DNA from: Poseidonia sp.
GTDB taxonomy: Archaea; Thermoplasmatota; Poseidoniia; Poseidoniales; Poseidoniaceae
Direction: 5' to 3'
Assembly (NCBI GenBank): GCA_965661285.1
Contig: CBFIDD010000001.1
Span: 468,852-532,851 of the forward strand
Length of the DNA: 64,000 nt
The notes beneath the pieces were generated by a model. That model did no database searches and was not told the origin of the DNA. It saw nothing but the letters and a program-made list of their open reading frames with translations. Positions 39,761 through 49,500 of the stretch are shown in pieces. Every line of letters begins with the position of its first letter. Position 1 is the stretch's first letter. The position numbers and the translations under genes were made by a program.

Positions 39761-39848
39761 GGTTGACGCTTGCTGTTAACCGAATATAAACGGTTCCTCC
39801 ATGCACGAATTTCGGTCACAGTGCTGTTCCGGAGGATTTTTTGAGGGA

Positions 39849-42800
39849 ATGCCCACCATGCCAATCATGCGTGCGTGGTTTATCACCGCTGTGTTGGTCG
39901 CCGTCGCATGGTCGCCGATGTTTTCTCCGACCGTCGAATTGGACAGGGGGACGCCCGCCAGCCATTCCAGTCCGCTCCAGGCCACCGTCTCACCCGCCAG
40001 TGGATGGACGAGCGGAGGCGAGGACATCACCATCACCGGCAATGGCTTTTTGGCCATGGCTGACAGAAACGTCACCTACGACGGCATCAATCACCAGTGG
40101 ACGACCTTAACCGCGGATTATGCTGACGAATCAGGACCCGAAAACGCCATCGTCGTTGATTCCAACGGCCACGTTCACATCGTCTACATCAACGGTGGAA
40201 ACCACAAGATCATGCACGCTGAGCACGATGGCACGTCTTGGAGTACGCAAGAGGTCGACGCCTGTGCTGGGAGTTATTGCTGGGACGCCCATATGGTCAT
40301 CGATGACAACGATGAACTCCATGTGACTTACTCAGCCCAAGGAGAAAAACTCGTCTATCAGCACTACGACGGTCAAGATTGGAACGGCGGCGTTGTCTCC
40401 TCCTACGCACGATTTGCACCGGTCGGCATCGCCGTTGACAGCAACAACCTCCCCCACATATCCTATTCCGCATCAGGTCAGTGGTGCGGTAATGGTCTCC
40501 GTCTTGCATCGTTCGACGGAAGCGTATGGACCACCCAGAGCGTTGATTCGGGGACAAACAAGGGTTGTGATTCTTCCATCGTGATCGACGAGAACGATCA
40601 CGTCTACATCGCCTACCAGGACCGAGACAATTCAAAGCTGAAATTCGCCACCAACAAAAGCGGTTCGTGGTTGAGTTATTCCCCTGATGCTTCCTCGTTT
40701 GGCAACAACATGTACCCGGGCTATTCCACCTCATTGGCCATGGATGATGACGGCGACTTTCACATCGCCCATTACGACAGCGATAACGAAGATTTGCGCT
40801 ACTCGACGGGCAGACCCAACGGCCAGTGGACCAACACCATCGTTGACGCTTCGGGAAATACGGGCAAAAATCCCTCCATCGCGGTTGACGCCGCCGGTGA
40901 TTTGCACATCGTCTACGCCAGTTGGTCGGGTTTTGACTTGAAGTACGCCACGCTCAAACCGTCCTCATCTTCCTCCTGGCAGAAAAGCCACATCCAGACG
41001 CAGAACATGGTCGGGGATTCAAACGCCATCTTCATCGACGACAACGGCATGATCCACGTTGCCTACAGCGACGACTCCAACGATGTTCTGAAGTACGCCA
41101 CGAAGTCCACCGGTGTCGTTGTCACCGACGAAATTACCGTGAAGTTTGGCCAGCTCGGGGCGGTTACGGGCGATGTGCTGGACGATGAGACCATCCAACT
41201 CACGACGCCGTCGGTCGCTTCGCCCGGTGTGGTCACCGTCTCCCTCATTGACGAGAATGGCGATGAGCACACCTTGGCGCCTTCGTTCGAATTCATTGAC
41301 CAAAACGACCTCGACGGCGACGGGGTGGCGAACGCTGCCGACGACTGTCCCAACGATGCAGGAACATCGACCCAAGATCGGGTTGGTTGCCCTGACGACG
41401 ACGGTGACGGGTACAGCAATGCAGGGGATGCGTTTCCCAACGACGCCAGCGAATGGATGGACAGCGATAGCGACGGAGTCGGCGATAACGCTGATGCCTT
41501 TCCCAACGACGCTTCCGAAACACTCGATTCTGACGGTGACGGCGTGGGTGACAACGCAGACATCTTCCCAAACAACCGATTTGAGCAGTACGATTCCGAT
41601 GGTGACGGCGTCGGCGATAACGCTGATGCCTTTCCCAACGACGCTTCCGAAACACACGACACCGACGGTGACGGCGTGGGCGACAACGCCGATGCCTTCC
41701 CATTGAACGCGTTTGAAACGATGGATTCCGATGGCGACGGCGTGGGCGACAACACCGATGCGTTTCCCAACGACCCCACAGAATCGGCAGATACCGACGG
41801 GGATGGCGTGGGCGATAACGCCGATGCGTTTCCCAACGATGCCTCCGAAACGACGGACAGCGACGGGGATGGCGTGGGAGACAACGCCGATACGTTTCCC
41901 AATGACGCCAACGAAAGCGTCGATGCCGATGGTGATGGCGTGGGCGACAACGCCGACCAGTGCCTTGACACGGAGGCGGGCGCCGTTGTGGACACTACCG
42001 GATGCCTGGTGGTCACCGATTCGGACGGCGACGGCGTGGCTGACGCCGACGACCAGTGCCCCAACGAGAACGCTTCGCAGGCCGACGATGACGGCGACGG
42101 ATGTCTGGACGACGATGACGATGACGGGGTGCTCAATGACGACGACGTATGTCCCTTCACCGACCCGGGAGAAACCATCAACGCCGAAGGATGCAGCAAC
42201 GGCCAGTTGAGCGTCTTGGACACCGACGCCGACGGGGTTTCCAACCTTGACGACCTCTGCCCCGATACACCTGCCAACATCAGTGTGGATGCGACGGGGT
42301 GTGCCGTCACCGACACCGGCGGTGGCGGGGACGATTCAGGCTCGCTGCTCGATGCCTTCCTTTCCGGCGACGCCGACCCTGTCACCACGACCGTTGGTAT
42401 CGGTGCCATTCTCATCGCCCTCTTTGGGCTGCTTCAAACCAATGCAGTGGCGGCCTTGCTTCCTGAGACCTTCCGATGGGTACAGGTGCTCCGAAACAAC
42501 ACCAAGTTGACCAAAGAAGAAGAAAACGAATTGACGTACTTGCAATCGTTGACCCAAGCCTACCACACCAACCCCGAAGAGTTGGCTGAGGAACTGGAGC
42601 AATTGCGCGGCGACCTCACCGCCCGGTATGCGAACAACGAGATCAGGAAGGAAACCCGAGAGAAGCTCATGACGCTGATTGACGATGTGTTGGCCGCATC
42701 GCCCGAGCAACTGAACCGCATCGCTCACAACGACGCCTACTTTGGCCTCGCCGGGGCCATCGACACCGAAGACCGCACCCTCCTGCTCAACGAAAAGTTG

Positions 42801-43004
42801 GCCATGACGGCCCCCGCAGGTACTGCTCCAGCCGCCGCACCTCCCGCCTCACCTCAACCAACCCACGCCCCAAGCGAGCCCACAATCACGGCGGTGGGGA
42901 CGGTCAAGGACGACGGATACGAATGGATTGAATGGCCCCAAGGCAGCAGCACTTGGTACTACCGAACAGCGCATTCACGCACACGTTGGACCAAGTGGCA
43001 TTGA
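39849..43004 (+). CDS. Surface protein: split IPT/TIG domain with inserted beta-propeller, TSP type-3 Ca-binding repeats, TM, cytoplasmic helical and Trp-rich domains
   Basis: Signal peptide; PASGWTSGGEDITITGNGF; blades IxxDxxxxxHIxY...LKYA; DxDGDGVGDNAD repeats; TM IGAILIALFGLL. Confidence 0.88.
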   Translation: MPTMPIMRAWFITAVLVAVAWSPMFSPTVELDRGTPASHSSPLQATVSPASGWTSGGEDITITGNGFLAMADRNVTYDGINHQWTTLTADYADESGPENAIVVDSNGHVHIVYINGGNHKIMHAEHDGTSWSTQEVDACAGSYCWDAHMVIDDNDELHVTYSAQGEKLVYQHYDGQDWNGGVVSSYARFAPVGIAVDSNNLPHISYSASGQWCGNGLRLASFDGSVWTTQSVDSGTNKGCDSSIVIDENDHVYIAYQDRDNSKLKFATNKSGSWLSYSPDASSFGNNMYPGYSTSLAMDDDGDFHIAHYDSDNEDLRYSTGRPNGQWTNTIVDASGNTGKNPSIAVDAAGDLHIVYASWSGFDLKYATLKPSSSSSWQKSHIQTQNMVGDSNAIFIDDNGMIHVAYSDDSNDVLKYATKSTGVVVTDEITVKFGQLGAVTGDVLDDETIQLTTPSVASPGVVTVSLIDENGDEHTLAPSFEFIDQNDLDGDGVANAADDCPNDAGTSTQDRVGCPDDDGDGYSNAGDAFPNDASEWMDSDSDGVGDNADAFPNDASETLDSDGDGVGDNADIFPNNRFEQYDSDGDGVGDNADAFPNDASETHDTDGDGVGDNADAFPLNAFETMDSDGDGVGDNTDAFPNDPTESADTDGDGVGDNADAFPNDASETTDSDGDGVGDNADTFPNDANESVDADGDGVGDNADQCLDTEAGAVVDTTGCLVVTDSDGDGVADADDQCPNENASQADDDGDGCLDDDDDDGVLNDDDVCPFTDPGETINAEGCSNGQLSVLDTDADGVSNLDDLCPDTPANISVDATGCAVTDTGGGGDDSGSLLDAFLSGDADPVTTTVGIGAILIALFGLLQTNAVAALLPETFRWVQVLRNNTKLTKEEENELTYLQSLTQAYHTNPEELAEELEQLRGDLTARYANNEIRKETREKLMTLIDDVLAASPEQLNRIAHNDAYFGLAGAIDTEDRTLLLNEKLAMTAPAGTAPAAAPPASPQPTHAPSEPTITAVGTVKDDGYEWIEWPQGSSTWYYRTAHSRTRWTKWH
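41303..42305 (+). repeat. Intragenic thrombospondin type-3-like repeats (69-bp/23-aa period in the core)
   Basis: Tandem units D[ST]DGDGVGDNADAFPNDASET; near-identical DNA ggcgataacgctgatgcctttcccaacgacgcttccgaaaca occurs twice. Confidence 0.9.
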
Positions 43005-43104
43005 ATCCGAGGGTACGCTTCGATCCAAGCGGGCTATGAATGCTTGAACGAAGACAAAAAATATCGGAAAAAATTTTATCATTTCATTTTGGAGTATAAC
43101 GACC

Positions 43105-43405
43105 ATGTCTGGAGAAGTCCAGTGGCGACTTGGTCGCACAAGCTTTCCATGAGAATGCAACGGTTGTTGGGTATCTCAACGGAGATTTCCTTCAACTTCC
43201 AACCCCCGATTTCGCTGGTTTTGTATCAGCACAAGAGCCTGGCGCAGTCGAGTACGAAGTGTTGTCCTTGGAGATCAACGGAGACACGGCAACAGCAAAA
43301 GTGAGGGATACCTACCTTGGAATCACGTTCTTGGATTCATTGACGCTTGTCAACGAAGGTGGAACCTGGTCAATTTACTGCAAGGCCTTCCACGTCGAAG
43401 CTTGA
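43105..43405 (+). pseudogene. NTF2/SnoaL-like (putative lumazine-binding) protein, N-terminally frameshifted
   Basis: AFHENATVVG...DTATAKV...FLDSLTLV...WSIYCKAF is NTF2-like. The promoter-proximal ATG at 43105 is out of frame, and the domain frame has a stop at 43097-43099. Confidence 0.6.
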
Positions 43406-43421
43406 GCCGTGAGGAGAGCCG

Positions 43422-46400
43422 TCAGCCCCAGAAGCGGCGGGTGCGAGCGTATTCAACCTCAGCCCTGTGGATCGCTTGGAGCAGACCGTCGGTATCGCCG
43501 GGTGAAACCTTCACCAGCAGACGATTGGCCGTGGCTTCTGCGACCCCCCGCCCCATCAAACACATGATGGCTTCAAGGCCACGGTTGGCCACCAAATCGG
43601 CGTTCTTCATCATCCGGTCTTGGTCTTTCTGGTCCTCGGATTTCACCCAGCCCTCCAGCATGTCTTGAAGGCCTTCTCGTGCACAAGCAAGGCGTTTGCC
43701 ACCGCACTTCAAGCACGTTCCCGGGCGCTCCATCGCCCCAAAACGGGCGACTCTGAACCGACGGACGGCGTTGCAACGCAAGCAACAGAGCACCGCGCGC
43801 TCGTTGGTTAATCGACCGCGAAGACGTTCCCGAAGGGCAGCGTTGTCCCAGTTGGGCAGCAGCATGTCGTCCTGTGTTCGATTGGAAAGCCCGAGCGGCC
43901 CCCGAGCGGTGATGGTCAGTGAAAGGACGCCGGACTGCAACCCGCGCAACACGTCGGTTGCACCGCGCACGTCCATGCGTTCGTGGAACAATTTGGAAAG
44001 CACCTCCTCCATGACGACCGTTCCTCGGTACTTGCGAAGCAGCGCTTGGAGGTTGATGCGACGGGGGTCAACGCCGTGGCGGAGAATGCCGAAAATTTTC
44101 GCAACCTGTGCAAACCGCCAGCGAACTTGCCGGGAATTCGGCACCGTGATGCTGAGCAATTGTTCAATCGCTTCGGGCGGTGTTTCCATGAGCCAGGCGA
44201 CGATGTCTTCGGGACGAACACCGCTCACCTGCAGCGCAATTCGGGTGGGTTCGACGATGAGCCGACCCCAACTCCCTGATTTGGTGGAGGCCATGGCAAG
44301 GAGGAAATTTCCGATGGCCTCGTTGATTTTAGAGCCTTGACAGCAATTCAACACGAAGGCGTCGTCTCGCTCCTCAAGCGTCATCACACGGTCGGTGGGC
44401 AGCGTACCGGTGGCGTCCACGTGGGCTGCGATGGTTTCAGCGAGCATGCTCCTCGCTTCGTCGTCGAGGGGATAATCGGCCAGCGATTGCGAACGGGTTG
44501 GGACGAGGCCGAGCGGGTCCAGGTCCGGGGGTGCGGGCGCATCGAGCAGACCGAGGTCGTGCGCGATGACATGACGGAGGTAGCCCACATCCCGTGCCAC
44601 CGATTCGGGAACGGGGGGCAATTCACCCAACCACTGCGGAGCTTTGCCGTGGTCGTTGACGGGAGCGACGAGCAGTTCGGACTGCTCGGGGTCAGCGTCC
44701 ACGATGAGCCACGTTCGCCCGGCGATAACGAAACGACGAGGTGTGCCGTCGTCGTCCTCGCCCGCATCGTTGAGACTGAGAACGAAGGCTTCGTCCACGT
44801 TGCCTAAACTGCGGCGTGTGACGGCGTCACGCACCCTGTAGGTCTTCTTGTCGGGAATCATCGAGAGGTGATTGGACACCCACTGGCGAGTTTTCCCTGC
44901 CGTGGAGAACCAGCCTTTGGCAAAGCGCTTGGGAACATCGACCGTGCGCTCGGTGTAGCGACGTGGTACTTCTTCATCGGGCACGTTGTACAGCGGCAAG
45001 TCCTCTGGAAGGTCTTCGCCGCGTGCTGCTGCCGCCTCTCGTGCCTCGGCATAGACCGCCTTCGGCCAGCGATACCACGGTAATTCGCTCGGTGTTGGCG
45101 TGAAACGAATGACCCAACGCTCGGCGAGAACCTGGAGGAGGGCTTCGGTATCGGGGCGCTTCCAACCTTCGAACTGCGGTGCTGCAGCGATGAGCGCCGT
45201 CGCTTCATCAATGCTGACGGCTTTGAAACAGTGGGCCATGAGCACCAGCTGATTTGCGGCGATGACGCCAGGTCGTTTCCTCCACACCACCGGTTCAATC
45301 TCCCCGTTCATGGCGCGTTGGGCGACCACCGCCGATTCGAGAAGATGGTCAACGTCCCACGAGATGACGTGTCCCCTGCCAACACCGCCCAAACGGTGGT
45401 CGGCCCGTCCGACGCGCTGAAGCATCCTGTCCACAGATTTTGGTGAATGCACCTGAACGATTCGCCGCACACTGCCGACGTCAATACCGAGCTCCAAACT
45501 CGAGGTGCAGACCAGTCCTGCCAGCGTCCCATCCCGAAGTTCATCCTCCATTTGTTGCCGAGTTTCGGCCGCCAGGGAACCGTGGTGGACGCCGATCTTG
45601 AGGTCGGGGGCCATGGCCTGAAGACGGGTGGAGAGCGTTTCCGCATCGCTCCGGCTATTGACGAACACCAAGCACGGTGCTTGCGTTCTCAAAATATGAC
45701 ACAGATGGCGGTAAGAGGCATGTTGCTTCGGACTCAGGGTATGCTCGACGCTGTCGATTTCGTCTTCCGCCGTGGGCATGGGGGATTCAACGGTTAACTC
45801 GGTGTCACGCTGGCCGGTGGTGATGAGGGGTTGGGCTTTGTTGGGCGAAAGCCAGTGCGCCACGGCGTCGGGGTTTCCAACGGTTGCAGACAGGCCAAGG
45901 CGCTGCACTTCTCGTCCCGCCAGGGCTTCAAGACGCGACAGCCCGATGCCCAATTGCCAGCCACGCTCGGAGGCAGCGAGGTCGTGAACCTCATCGATCA
46001 CGACGGCTTGAACGGTGCTCAGCATCTTACGCAGATTCTTCCCGCTGAACATGAGCTGGAAGGTTTCCGGCGTGGTCACGAGCAGGTGCGGAGGATTTCG
46101 GGTTTGTTTGGCTCGCTGCGATTGACTGGTGTCGCCGTGGCGAACGTCCACGCGCAAACCAACGCTTTCAGCCAGTTCCTTCAGTCGACGGTCGACGTCC
46201 CTGTTCAAGGCTCGCAGCGGCGTGATGTACAGGATGGAAAGCGGCGACCAGCCTTCCGTGAGACAGCGATGGAACAGCGGAAGTATCCCCGCCATGGTTT
46301 TTCCCGAGCCGGTTGGGGCAATGACAAGACGGTCATGGCCTTCCACAATATCCGGAATGACGTTTTCCTGAACCGGCGTGGCTTGCCAGCCCTTTTCCTC

Positions 46401-46448
46401 AAGTGCGCTGGCCAGGGTTGGGTGAAGCAGAGAAAACACGCGTGACAT
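43422..46448 (-). CDS. lhr: Lhr-family SF2 helicase with C-terminal Cys4 zinc finger
   Basis: APTGSGKT, TPLRAL, DEVH, GLSAT, HHGSL, TSSLELGID and QRVGR; CLRC...CLKC at the C-terminus. Confidence 0.95.
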   Translation of the reverse strand: MSRVFSLLHPTLASALEEKGWQATPVQENVIPDIVEGHDRLVIAPTGSGKTMAGILPLFHRCLTEGWSPLSILYITPLRALNRDVDRRLKELAESVGLRVDVRHGDTSQSQRAKQTRNPPHLLVTTPETFQLMFSGKNLRKMLSTVQAVVIDEVHDLAASERGWQLGIGLSRLEALAGREVQRLGLSATVGNPDAVAHWLSPNKAQPLITTGQRDTELTVESPMPTAEDEIDSVEHTLSPKQHASYRHLCHILRTQAPCLVFVNSRSDAETLSTRLQAMAPDLKIGVHHGSLAAETRQQMEDELRDGTLAGLVCTSSLELGIDVGSVRRIVQVHSPKSVDRMLQRVGRADHRLGGVGRGHVISWDVDHLLESAVVAQRAMNGEIEPVVWRKRPGVIAANQLVLMAHCFKAVSIDEATALIAAAPQFEGWKRPDTEALLQVLAERWVIRFTPTPSELPWYRWPKAVYAEAREAAAARGEDLPEDLPLYNVPDEEVPRRYTERTVDVPKRFAKGWFSTAGKTRQWVSNHLSMIPDKKTYRVRDAVTRRSLGNVDEAFVLSLNDAGEDDDGTPRRFVIAGRTWLIVDADPEQSELLVAPVNDHGKAPQWLGELPPVPESVARDVGYLRHVIAHDLGLLDAPAPPDLDPLGLVPTRSQSLADYPLDDEARSMLAETIAAHVDATGTLPTDRVMTLEERDDAFVLNCCQGSKINEAIGNFLLAMASTKSGSWGRLIVEPTRIALQVSGVRPEDIVAWLMETPPEAIEQLLSITVPNSRQVRWRFAQVAKIFGILRHGVDPRRINLQALLRKYRGTVVMEEVLSKLFHERMDVRGATDVLRGLQSGVLSLTITARGPLGLSNRTQDDMLLPNWDNAALRERLRGRLTNERAVLCCLRCNAVRRFRVARFGAMERPGTCLKCGGKRLACAREGLQDMLEGWVKSEDQKDQDRMMKNADLVANRGLEAIMCLMGRGVAEATANRLLVKVSPGDTDGLLQAIHRAEVEYARTRRFWG

Positions 46449-46528
46449 GGTCTCCCCACCCTCGTGGAGTATGCCTCTGCCCACTGCATTTGAGGATTTG
46501 GCTCTGAGCAGGCGGCTGTTGCCGGCTC

Positions 46529-49500
46529 TCAATCATCGTCTTCATCGTAGTCGTCGAAGTCGTCATCATCGTCTTCGTCTTCCCAATCGGCCTCGTCTTC
46601 GTCGAAAGCACCCTCACCGTAATCGATGGAGGTCTTGGTCGCCACGGTAAACACGATCGCCAACGTCATGATGCTGAGAATGGCGAACATCCACGCAAGC
46701 GGTTGCTCACGGACCGAATCGAACCATCCAAGGTACTGGCCGTAGGCGATGGTGACGGCGTGTTCGGCCGAGTTGTCATCGTCGTTGGCTTCGGGGACCT
46801 CGTCCTCGGCATCAACAACCACACGAATTCGGTCGACGTCTTCGGATTCCCAAACCACGTTCACCGAGTAGAGTTCGCCGGCGTCAATACCGTTCACTCG
46901 AACGACTTCGAAGGGCTCGTCACTTGAACCCGAATAGAAGGCGACCTTGAATTGCTGCGAGGTGTTTCCGCCTGCGTTGTAGATGTCCGCACGGACGTCG
47001 ATGTTCGCACCGGGAGCGATGTGGTCGTCACTCATGGCGATGTTCTTTACGCGAAGTTCGGGACCGACGGCTCCCAACCGTACCCACTGGCGCTCGAAAT
47101 CCGTATCTTCAGAGGCGAGTTCAGGGATGGGGCTGGCTTCAGAATTGGAGACGACGGGGAACTGGTTGCCCGCCGCATCGTAGCCGGTCATGTAGAAGCC
47201 GACGAAATCGCCCGCTTTCGGTATGACCGTTCCGCCCGCTGTGATGTCAACCACACCGGTCCACATCACGTTCTGGCCGTCCTGCTGCATCCCCAACAAC
47301 GTTGAGCCTGCACCGATGGTCATCGTTCGCGTGGCGTCTCGCATAACCCAGTGAACGAGTTGCTTTGAGCCGGTCAAATCGGCGTCCTCCGTTCCTTGGA
47401 ATTCGACTTCGATTTGCGTCAAGTCGTTGTTGGCCGAAATGTCGATGACGTTGAGCGGTGCAATGCGTCGAGTCACACGGGGTGCAGCGTCGTCAACGAC
47501 GACCTGGAGCGTGGTTGAAACCAAGGTTCCCGTCATGTCTTCGCCACGACCTGGAATATTGGTAATGGAGATGAGACACGTTCTGGATGGCGAGGATTGG
47601 AGGGTCGATGCCGAGGAGAGTGGCACTTCAACAGCGTAGCCACCATCTGCGGTCAACGAGCCGTCGGACCAGAGTTTCTCACCGTCAAAGACCTCGACGA
47701 GGATACCCACATCTCGAGGAGCGGGGGTTTGGCTGCCCTCGTAAACCACGCGGCCGGTGAAGGCCAAACGGTCGTCCTTGCGCACCCGGCTGCCATCGGC
47801 AACAGGACCGGTGCGAGGCTCGCTGATGTCCTCAACTTCGAAATCAGCCGGGGCCAGCATCAAATCGTTTTCAACACGGAAGGTGTGTTCGAGCAATAGA
47901 ATACGGGAGGCATCTGAACTGCCCAGTTCCTTGTACATCAGTGCCACATCGCCCATCTCTTCGTCAGGCCAATCCCAGCTGAACTTGAAGTGGAAATCAA
48001 GCATGATCCACGGCAGCCCCGACTCGTTGGTGGTCTGCATCATCGTGCTCGTTGGAAGCAGGTGAATGTAGGGTGAATCGGACCAGAAGGTGTTGTTGGT
48101 TCCCGAATAGGAGATGGATTGAGCGTCTCGAGCCGGGTTGGGACCTTCAAAGTCAAACACCAAGGAGATGAACTCGAAGTCAATCGCCGTGTTGGCGTCG
48201 ATAAATCCGAGCGAAATCGTCTGCTCCATGCCGGCGTACACCGGTTCATTGTCCTCATGACCAAACCATTCGAGGCCGGTGAAGATGGCGGACGAATCCT
48301 TGCGTGTTCGGAAGGTTGCGTCGTCGTAGAGGAAGCCTTCCGAGGATTCGAAGGAAAGGAGTTCGTCATCGTCGTTCATGACCGTGAAGTGGAGTGGGTT
48401 GCCTGCTTGGTCCCCGCCGTCCCAGAAATACGACACGCGCCCCATGTTGGGGTTTCGAGACGTGTCAATGGTCGTGATGAACCACTTCGCTCGAGCCTCT
48501 GTCGTGTTGGTGACCGTCTTCACCACGTACTCTTCGGGGTCGGCCTCACCGTTTCGGTTGGCATCATGGTCGGCTTCAACCCAGTAATTGAGTTCCAGTT
48601 CCATGGGGTGGCCAACCTTGTCATCAACGAGGACCTGGACGGTTTGCTCGGTGGTCGCTGCTTCGTAAGCATCCTCAACTGGTGCAACTTGCTTGCGTTC
48701 TGGATGGGTCGCATCAACGAGGTAGGTGCGTCGCCACTCCGCATTGGGTTGTTGCACGTGGTCGGGGTTTCGCTCGTTGTAGGTTTGAACTTCGTACGTC
48801 AGGCCGTCCGGGACGTCGATGTTCGGGAGATCGATGGAGACAAAGAACGAGCCGTTGTTGTTCGTCGTGTCCCTGGCCGTCGATTCCACGTAGCCGTTTC
48901 GCGAAATCCGTACGTCAAACGCACTGTCTTTGGGCGCGTCGTCCGTGTCTTGGAACCACATGGCGCCCACAAAGTGGAGTTGCTCGCCCGCCGCGACCCA
49001 TGAACCGTCTTCGACGTCCATGGAGGTCAGTTCACCGTCGTTGTCGCGCACGTTCAACCAGCCGAGGCCGAAGGAGCGATTCACACGGAGACCTTCCTCG
49101 GAGGTCAGCGGTTCGGGTGCGAAACCTGCGGTTCCGCTGTCGTCCAGACAACCCACGCGGAAACGAACGTTGTCTTGGTCCGGCATCTCGCTGGTGACGA
49201 AGAACTTCCAGTGAATTTCCAAGATGCCGTTGCTCTCGACCGAGTACGAAGTGGGGTCGACCTCAATGTACTGCGAAGGGTCGTTCGGGTCAGGGAACAC
49301 GTCCCCGTACTGCCAGGAGAGAATCGGCCAGTTGGCGGCACTTCCAGCGGTCATGAGGGTCAACTCGGCGCTGACCATCGAGTTCGCAGATTCACCGATA
49401 ACGTGTCGGGATACGACTTCGTAGGGCGTGATGCGCTCGTGAAGAACCTCACCTTCGGGGATGGTCAAATCGAGGTTGACCGTTTGCATGACGTAGGTGA

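Noticed and set aside
41063-42415. 450-aa Ser/Pro-rich minus-strand ORF
   Set aside because: Mirror translation of the TSP3 Asp-Gly repeats.
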